A stretch of DNA of 32,000 bases, taken from NCBI RefSeq assembly GCF_059727855.1, contig NZ_AP038814.1; one strand, given 5' to 3'. Below are positions 24,743 through 32,000 of this stretch, in pieces; position 1 is the stretch's first letter; each line of letters begins with the position of its first letter. The translations under genes and the position numbers were made by a program. The notes under the pieces were generated by a model. That model was not told the DNA's origin, ran no database searches, and was given only the letters and a program-made list of their open reading frames with translations.

Positions 24743-26134
24743 ATGAACTTTCCATTAATTGCGAACATCGTGGTGTTCGTTGTACTGCTGTTTGCGCTGG
24801 CTCAGACCCGCCATAAACAGTGGAGTCTGGCGAAAAAAGTGCTGGTGGGTCTGGTGATGGGTGTGGTTTTTGGCCTTGCCCTGCATACCATTTATGGTTC
24901 TGACAGCCAGGTACTTAAAGATTCTGTACAGTGGTTTAACATCGTTGGTAACGGCTATGTTCAACTGCTGCAAATGATCGTTATGCCGTTAGTCTTCGCC
25001 TCTATTCTGAGCGCGGTTGCCCGTCTGCATAACGCATCTCAGTTAGGCAAAATCAGTTTTCTGACCATCGGTACGCTTTTGTTTACCACGCTGATTGCGG
25101 CGCTGGTCGGTGTGCTGGTCACCAACCTGTTTGGTTTGACGGCTGAAGGTCTGGTTCAGGGTGGTGCAGAAACTGCACGTCTGAACGCCATCGAAAGTAA
25201 CTATGTTGGTAAAGTCTCTGACCTGAGCGTTCCGCAGCTGGTCTTGTCCTTTATCCCGAAAAACCCGTTTGCCGATCTGACCGGAGCCAATCCGACGTCA
25301 ATTATCAGCGTGGTAATTTTTGCCGCATTCCTCGGTGTAGCTGCGCTGAAACTGCTGAAGGATGATGCGCCGAAAGGTGAACGCGTCTTAACCGCTATCG
25401 ATACCCTGCAAAGCTGGGTGATGAAACTGGTTCGCCTGGTCATGCAGTTGACCCCTTACGGCGTTCTGGCACTAATGACCAAAGTGGTTGCAGGTTCGAA
25501 CCTGCAAGACATCATCAAACTGGGAAGTTTCGTTGTCGCGTCCTACCTCGGTCTGCTGATTATGTTTGCAGTGCATGGCATTCTGCTGGGCATTAATGGC
25601 GTGAGTCCGCTGAAGTACTTCCGTAAGGTATGGCCTGTGCTGACGTTTGCCTTTACCAGCCGTTCCAGTGCTGCGTCTATCCCACTGAATGTGGAAGCAC
25701 AAACGCGTCGTCTGGGCGTTCCTGAATCCATCGCCAGTTTCGCCGCCTCTTTCGGTGCGACCATTGGTCAGAACGGCTGCGCCGGTTTGTATCCGGCAAT
25801 GCTGGCGGTGATGGTTGCGCCTACGGTTGGCATTAACCCGCTGGACCCGATGTGGATTGCGACGCTGGTCGGTATTGTTACCGTTAGCTCCGCAGGCGTT
25901 GCCGGTGTCGGTGGTGGTGCAACTTTCGCCGCACTGATTGTGCTGCCTGCGATGGGCCTGCCAGTAACCCTGGTGGCGCTGTTAATCTCCGTTGAACCGC
26001 TTATCGACATGGGCCGTACGGCGCTAAACGTTAGTGGCTCGATGACAGCTGGCACGCTGACCAGCCAGTGGCTGAAGCAAACCGATAAAGCCATTCTGGA
26101 TAGCGAAGACGACGCCGAACTGGCACACCGTTAA
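24743..26134 (+). CDS. tcyP: L-cystine:cation symporter (DAACS family)
   Basis: 463 aa [36 protein letters not shown]... = YdjN; [27 protein letters not shown] motifs. Confidence 0.95.
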   Translation: MNFPLIANIVVFVVLLFALAQTRHKQWSLAKKVLVGLVMGVVFGLALHTIYGSDSQVLKDSVQWFNIVGNGYVQLLQMIVMPLVFASILSAVARLHNASQLGKISFLTIGTLLFTTLIAALVGVLVTNLFGLTAEGLVQGGAETARLNAIESNYVGKVSDLSVPQLVLSFIPKNPFADLTGANPTSIISVVIFAAFLGVAALKLLKDDAPKGERVLTAIDTLQSWVMKLVRLVMQLTPYGVLALMTKVVAGSNLQDIIKLGSFVVASYLGLLIMFAVHGILLGINGVSPLKYFRKVWPVLTFAFTSRSSAASIPLNVEAQTRRLGVPESIASFAASFGATIGQNGCAGLYPAMLAVMVAPTVGINPLDPMWIATLVGIVTVSSAGVAGVGGGATFAALIVLPAMGLPVTLVALLISVEPLIDMGRTALNVSGSMTAGTLTSQWLKQTDKAILDSEDDAELAHR

Positions 26135-26137
26135 TTC

Positions 26138-26941
26138 TTATGCTGGCAACGGTCCGTTTTGTATAGGGGCCGTTGCCTTACTTTTTAAATGTTCCATCGC
26201 GGCGATGCATACTGACTCATATTGAAACAGATCGTCAGCGAAAAAAATGGCCAACTTATCAATACATTCCTGGCTCAATGAATGTGCCTGTAGCGAGAAG
26301 CTTAAAACCTCATACCCGAGACGTTTTCTAAGTGAACTATCTGGAATACTCATAATATCTTCAAGTATACCACTTCCCATTCCCGGAAGATTTAGTGGAT
26401 TAAAAAGAAGATTGATATTAAGTATTGATATTATCGAAGGAAACTTTAGGAGACTCTCATTTTTTTGAATCGCAGCAAAAATGCTCCCGGCAGGATGTAT
26501 ATAATTTTTTTCATAGTATATAGTCCTTAAATAATGAATAACCAACCTGTTTTTTATATTGATCAAATTCGTCATTTTTTCGGGTCGGAATTCACAGGTA
26601 AAATCCATCCCAACAAAATTCTCATTAATACCTCTTATCCGAAACTCACTGCCATAAAGATTATTAATTATCACTCTATATTTAACATTGTCCTGCAGAT
26701 ACGTATCAAAACTAAGTGCTGGCGCTCCTGGCTTTGAGGCATCATAGTTAATGTTAGACATATAGGCAATCATATAATTAAAGTTTGATTCTGCTATTTC
26801 ATCGCAGTCACATTGACCCGTTGATATAAAGAAAGTGAGTGCTGTCATAGTAGACTGCAGCCTTTCTTTAAAAGAGTCAAAAGCCAGACTTTTAATATTT
26901 AAATCACCATAATTACTCTGTATTAAGTTTGTAGAAAACAT
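26138..26941 (-). CDS. ydjO: uncharacterized protein YdjO
   Basis: 267 aa from ATG at 26941 (MFSTNLIQSNYGDLNIKSLAFDSF...); AT-rich coding; convergent with tcyP, 3 nt apart. The track start (26953) is 4 codons further upstream. Confidence 0.85.
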   Translation of the reverse strand: MFSTNLIQSNYGDLNIKSLAFDSFKERLQSTMTALTFFISTGQCDCDEIAESNFNYMIAYMSNINYDASKPGAPALSFDTYLQDNVKYRVIINNLYGSEFRIRGINENFVGMDFTCEFRPEKMTNLINIKNRLVIHYLRTIYYEKNYIHPAGSIFAAIQKNESLLKFPSIISILNINLLFNPLNLPGMGSGILEDIMSIPDSSLRKRLGYEVLSFSLQAHSLSQECIDKLAIFFADDLFQYESVCIAAMEHLKSKATAPIQNGPLPA

Positions 26942-27229
26942 CTCCCACCTCATATTGTTAACAAAATTATTATCTCATTTAAATCTAAGTCATTTACAAT
27001 ATAAGTTTAAGCGCGACGCCACAGGATGAACTATCAAAAATAGCTCATCATGATTAGCAAAACTTAACCATTTTAAAATAAATAAACAATTAAAGAAAAA
27101 AGATCACTTATTTATAGCAATAGATCGTCAAAGGCAGCTTTTTGTTACAGGTGGTTTGAATGAATGTAGCAATGAAATACAGAATTTCAGGCCATGTAAC
27201 TCCCGGCAAAACCGGGAGGTACGTAATCT

Positions 27230-27472
27230 TTACTCAGTCACTTCCCCTTCCTGGCGGATCTGATTTGCCCAACGCTGGGCGGATTCAGGCACAGTAAACG
27301 CCGGTGAGCGCAGAAATGACTCTCCCATCAGTACAAACGCAACATATTTGCCACGCAGCATCCAGACATCACGAAACGAATCCATCTTTATCGCATGTTC
27401 TGGCGGCGCGGGTTCCGTGCGTGGGACATAGCTAATAATCTGGCGGTTTTGCTGGCGGAGCGGTTTCTTCAT
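27230..27472 (-). CDS. cedA: cell division modulator CedA
   Basis: 80 aa MKKPLRQQNRQIISYVPRTEPAPPEHAIKMDSFRDVWMLRGKYVAFVLMGESFLRSPAFTVPESAQRWANQIRQEGEVTE. Confidence 0.92.
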   Translation of the reverse strand: MKKPLRQQNRQIISYVPRTEPAPPEHAIKMDSFRDVWMLRGKYVAFVLMGESFLRSPAFTVPESAQRWANQIRQEGEVTE

Positions 27473-27675
27473 TACTGGCTTCACTAAACGCATATTAAAA
27501 ATCAGAAAAACTGTAGTTTAGCCGATTTAGCCCCTGTACGTCCCGCTTTGCGTGTATTTCATAACACCGTTTCCAGAATAGTCTCCGAAGCGGGGTCTGG
27601 CTGGTGGTCTATAGTTAGAGAGTTTTTTGACCAAAACAGCGGCCCTTTCAGTAATAAATTAAGGAGACGAGTTCA

Positions 27676-29937
27676 ATGTCGCAACATAACGAAAAGAACC
27701 CACATCAGCACCAGTCACCACTACACGATTCCAGCGAAGCGAAACCGGGGATGGACTCACTGGCACCTGAGGACGGATCTCATCGTCCAGCGGCTGAACC
27801 AACACCGCCAGGTGCACAACCTACCGCCCCAGGGAGCCTGAAAGCCCCTGATACGCGTAACGAAAAACTTAATTCTCTGGAAGACGTACGCAAAGGCAGT
27901 GAAAATTATGCGCTGACCACTAATCAGGGCGTGCGCATCGCCGATGATCAAAACTCACTGCGTGCCGGTAACCGTGGTCCAACGCTGCTGGAAGATTTTA
28001 TTCTGCGCGAGAAAATCACCCACTTTGACCATGAGCGCATCCCGGAACGTATTGTTCATGCACGCGGATCAGCAGCTCACGGTTATTTCCAGCCATATAA
28101 AAGCTTAAGCGATATCACCAAAGCGGATTTCCTCTCAGATCCGAACAAAATCACCCCAGTATTTGTTAGGTTCTCTACCGTTCAGGGTGGCGCTGGCTCT
28201 GCCGATACCGTGCGTGATATCCGTGGTTTTGCCACCAAGTTCTATACTGAAGAGGGTATTTTTGACCTCGTTGGCAATAACACGCCAATCTTCTTTATCC
28301 AGGATGCGCATAAATTTCCCGATTTTGTTCATGCGGTAAAACCAGAACCGCACTGGGCAATTCCACAAGGGCAAAGCGCCCACGATACTTTCTGGGATTA
28401 TGTTTCTCTGCAACCTGAAACTCTGCACAACGTGATGTGGGCGATGTCGGATCGCGGGATCCCGCGCAGTTACCGCACCATGGAAGGCTTCGGTATTCAC
28501 ACCTTCCGCCTGATTAATGCCGAAGGGAAGGCAACGTTTGTACGTTTCCACTGGAAACCACTGGCAGGTAAAGCCTCACTCGTTTGGGATGAAGCACAAA
28601 AACTCACCGGACGTGACCCGGACTTCCACCGCCGCGAGTTGTGGGAAGCCATTGAAGCAGGCGATTTTCCGGAATACGAACTGGGCTTCCAGTTGATTCC
28701 TGAAGAAGATGAATTCAAGTTCGACTTCGATCTTCTCGATCCAACCAAACTTATCCCGGAAGAACTGGTGCCCGTTCAGCGTGTCGGCAAAATGGTGCTC
28801 AATCGCAACCCGGATAACTTCTTTGCCGAAAACGAACAAGCAGCATTCCATCCAGGTCATATTGTTCCTGGTCTGGACTTCACCAACGATCCGCTGTTGC
28901 AGGGGCGTTTATTCTCCTATACCGATACACAAATCAGTCGTCTTGGCGGGCCAAATTTCCATGAGATTCCGATTAACCGTCCGACCTGCCCTTACCATAA
29001 TTTCCAGCGTGACGGCATGCATCGCATGGGGATCGACACTAACCCGGCTAATTACGAACCGAACTCGATTAACGATAACTGGCCGCGCGAAACACCGCCG
29101 GGGCCGAAACGCGGCGGTTTTGAATCATACCAGGAGCGCGTGGAAGGCAATAAAGTTCGCGAGCGCAGCCCATCGTTTGGCGAATATTATTCCCATCCGC
29201 GTCTGTTCTGGCTAAGTCAGACGCCATTTGAGCAGCGCCATATTGTCGATGGTTTCAGTTTTGAGTTAAGCAAAGTCGTTCGTCCGTATATTCGTGAGCG
29301 CGTTGTTGACCAGCTGGCGCATATTGATCTCACTCTGGCCCAGGCGGTGGCGAAAAATCTCGGTATCGAACTGACTGACGACCAGCTGAATATCACCCCA
29401 CCTCCGGACGTCAACGGTCTGAAAAAGGATCCATCCTTAAGTTTGTACGCCATTCCTGACGGTGATGTGAAAGGTCGCGTGGTAGCGATTTTACTTAATG
29501 ATGAAGTGAGATCGGCAGACCTTCTGGCCATTCTCAAGGCGCTGAAGGCCAAAGGCGTTCATGCCAAACTGCTCTACTCCCGAATGGGTGAAGTGACTGC
29601 GGATGACGGTACGGTGTTGCCTATAGCCGCTACCTTTGCCGGTGCACCTTCGCTGACGGTCGATGCGGTCATTGTCCCTTGCGGCAATATCGCGGATATC
29701 GCTGACAACGGCGATGCCAACTACTACCTGATGGAAGCCTACAAACACCTTAAACCGATTGCGCTGGCGGGTGACGCGCGCAAGTTTAAAGCAACAATCA
29801 AGGTCGCTGACCAGGGTGAAGAAGGGATTGTGGAAGCTGACAGCGCTGACGGTAGTTTTATGGATGAACTGCTAACGCTGATGGCAGCACACCGCGTGTG
29901 GTCACGCATTCCTAAGATTGACAAAATTCCTGCCTGA
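27676..29937 (+). CDS. katE: catalase HPII
   Basis: 753 aa [26 protein letters not shown]... with [37 protein letters not shown], and the C-terminal DJ-1/PfpI-like domain. Confidence 0.98.
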   Translation: MSQHNEKNPHQHQSPLHDSSEAKPGMDSLAPEDGSHRPAAEPTPPGAQPTAPGSLKAPDTRNEKLNSLEDVRKGSENYALTTNQGVRIADDQNSLRAGNRGPTLLEDFILREKITHFDHERIPERIVHARGSAAHGYFQPYKSLSDITKADFLSDPNKITPVFVRFSTVQGGAGSADTVRDIRGFATKFYTEEGIFDLVGNNTPIFFIQDAHKFPDFVHAVKPEPHWAIPQGQSAHDTFWDYVSLQPETLHNVMWAMSDRGIPRSYRTMEGFGIHTFRLINAEGKATFVRFHWKPLAGKASLVWDEAQKLTGRDPDFHRRELWEAIEAGDFPEYELGFQLIPEEDEFKFDFDLLDPTKLIPEELVPVQRVGKMVLNRNPDNFFAENEQAAFHPGHIVPGLDFTNDPLLQGRLFSYTDTQISRLGGPNFHEIPINRPTCPYHNFQRDGMHRMGIDTNPANYEPNSINDNWPRETPPGPKRGGFESYQERVEGNKVRERSPSFGEYYSHPRLFWLSQTPFEQRHIVDGFSFELSKVVRPYIRERVVDQLAHIDLTLAQAVAKNLGIELTDDQLNITPPPDVNGLKKDPSLSLYAIPDGDVKGRVVAILLNDEVRSADLLAILKALKAKGVHAKLLYSRMGEVTADDGTVLPIAATFAGAPSLTVDAVIVPCGNIADIADNGDANYYLMEAYKHLKPIALAGDARKFKATIKVADQGEEGIVEADSADGSFMDELLTLMAAHRVWSRIPKIDKIPA

Positions 29938-29940
29938 TGG

Positions 29941-29964
29941 GAGGCGGCGCAATTGCGCCGCCTC
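29941..29964. terminator. perfect palindrome 4 nt after the katE stop codon
   Basis: GAGGCGGCGCAATTGCGCCGCCTC, fully self-complementary 24-mer; no T-run follows. Confidence 0.6.
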
Positions 29965-29991
29965 AAATGATTTACATAGTGCGCTTTGTTT

Positions 29992-30093
29992 ATGCCGGAT
30001 GCGGCGTGAACGCCTTATCCGGCCTACAAAACTGTGCAAATTCAATATATTGCAGGAAACACGTAGGCCTGATAAGCGAAGCGCATCAGGCAG
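29992..30093. repeat. REP/BIME-type element pair
   Basis: ATGCCGGATGCGGCGTGAACGCCTTATCCGGCCTAC (29992-30026) followed by GTAGGCCTGATAAGCGAAGCGCATCAGGCA (30063-30092) in inverted arrangement: typical enterobacterial REP pair. Confidence 0.85.
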
Positions 30094-30151
30094 TTTTGCG
30101 TTTGTCAGCAGTCTCAAGCGGCGCAGTTACGCCGCCTTTGTAGGAATTAAT

Positions 30152-30183
30152 CGCCGGATGCAAGGTTCACGCCGCATCTGGCA
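30152..30183. repeat. third REP-like unit upstream of the chbG 3' end
   Basis: CGCCGGATGCAAGGTTCACGCCGCATCTGGCAA, extragenic palindromic REP-like sequence. Confidence 0.7.
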
Positions 30184-30194
30184 AACATCCTCAC

Positions 30195-30956
<762 letters not shown>

Positions 30957-32000
30957 TTAATGTGCTTTTTTAAGCTCTGCGATGCAGTCGGCAAAGTTTG
31001 GCAGCCATTTCTCGTGCGCCAGAATCATCTCGCGTGCCAGCAGCTCAGCATCGCGATCGGAATGCACCAACGGACTAAGGTTTAGCGCCAGTAACACATC
31101 GTTAAATTCTCCGCTAAGTGCGGCGTTACTGGCAGCAATCTCGAAGCCTTTAATGGTGTGAATCAGCCCCATTACTTTATCATCGAAATGCGTAATGCGC
31201 GGATGTGGCGTCGCGCCATCGCGCCCCAGCTTACAGGTCATTTCTACTGCCCAGTCTGCCGGAATATTATCAATCTGCCCATGATGCGGGATATTAACGT
31301 AATGTTCTGCTTGCTTGTCGTTGTAGATAGCGTTGATCACTTCGCATGCTGCATCAGAGTAATAAGCCCCACCGCGCTGTTCCAGTTCTTTCGGCTTAAC
31401 TTTCAGCTCAGGATTTTTATACAGCTCAAAAAGTTGTTTCTCGACTTTCTGTACTACCTGCGCTCGTGCGCCGCCTTTGTAGTATTCGCCCATTTCAATA
31501 GCCAGCATCTCTTTCTGCTTGAAGTAATACAGCAGATAAGAACATGGCAGCAGATTCAACGAACGAATTAAGCCCTCACTAAATGGCAGATCGAAAATAT
31601 TTTTTACAGAGGACGCTTTTAACTGCCCTGACGCCACACCATCAAGCAATTCGGCAAAGCGCGACTTGCCATTTACCAGCACATCCTTAATGAACACCAT
31701 ATGGTTGAGGCCGAACAAATCGATAGATAAATCATCGCTGTCTTTCAGCATCAGAACATCGCGAATAAACATCTTCATGCCGATCGGAATATTACACACG
31801 CCGATAAAGCGTTTAAATCCGGTATGACGATAAACGGCTTCAGTGACCATTCCCGCCGGGTTAGTGAAGTTAATCACCCATGCATTCGGACAAAGTTCTT
31901 CGACATCTTTTACGATGTCAAAAATCACCGGAATGGTACGCAGACCTTTAAACAAACCGCCCGCGCCGTTGGTTTCCTGACCAAGATAACCATGACTTAA
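30957..32000 (-). CDS. chbF: 6-phospho-beta-glucosidase / diacetylchitobiose-6-phosphate hydrolase, C-terminal part (gene runs off right edge)
   Basis: Family GH4 sequence; frame stays open from 31955 to the window end (...LSHGYLGQETNGAGGLFKGLRTIPVIFDIVKDVEELCPNAWVINFTNPAGMVTEAVYRH...). Confidence 0.95.
   Translation of the reverse strand, partial: LSHGYLGQETNGAGGLFKGLRTIPVIFDIVKDVEELCPNAWVINFTNPAGMVTEAVYRHTGFKRFIGVCNIPIGMKMFIRDVLMLKDSDDLSIDLFGLNHMVFIKDVLVNGKSRFAELLDGVASGQLKASSVKNIFDLPFSEGLIRSLNLLPCSYLLYYFKQKEMLAIEMGEYYKGGARAQVVQKVEKQLFELYKNPELKVKPKELEQRGGAYYSDAACEVINAIYNDKQAEHYVNIPHHGQIDNIPADWAVEMTCKLGRDGATPHPRITHFDDKVMGLIHTIKGFEIAASNAALSGEFNDVLLALNLSPLVHSDRDAELLAREMILAHEKWLPNFADCIAELKKAH

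Overview
The window is a conserved Escherichia coli chromosomal segment (protein-level recognition; all gene names are from memory of the families, no search was run). Order: 5' part of ppsA (-), ppsR (+), aroH (+), ydiE/hemP (+), selO/ydiU (-), ydiV/rflP (-), nlpC (-), btuD-btuE-btuC (-), ihfA-pheT-pheS-pheM (-), rplT-rpmI-infC-thrS (-), arpB (+, here one intact 632-aa frame), yniD (+), ydiY (-), pfkB (+), ydiZ (+), yniA (+), yniB (-), hxpB/yniC (+), ydjM (+), tcyP/ydjN (+), ydjO (-), cedA (-), katE (+), chbG (-), and the 3' part of chbF (-). Most of it is ordinary core genome. The most interesting locus is arpB: an AT-rich uninterrupted ORF with six ankyrin-like repeats. The last five repeats sit at an exact 144-nt (48-aa) period, and the N-terminal domain has a candidate Cys/His/Asp arrangement reminiscent of the ShET2/OspD/EspL effector family (inference). 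Other signals read directly from sequence are the pheM Phe-rich leader with its attenuator, a tRNA(Thr)-anticodon-like hairpin in the thrS leader, the AUU start of infC, a TrpR operator overlapping the ppsR stop codon, a LexA box at ydjM, a Fur box at ydiE and REP-like elements after katE. I found no CRISPR array, tRNA, rRNA, IS element or phage module.
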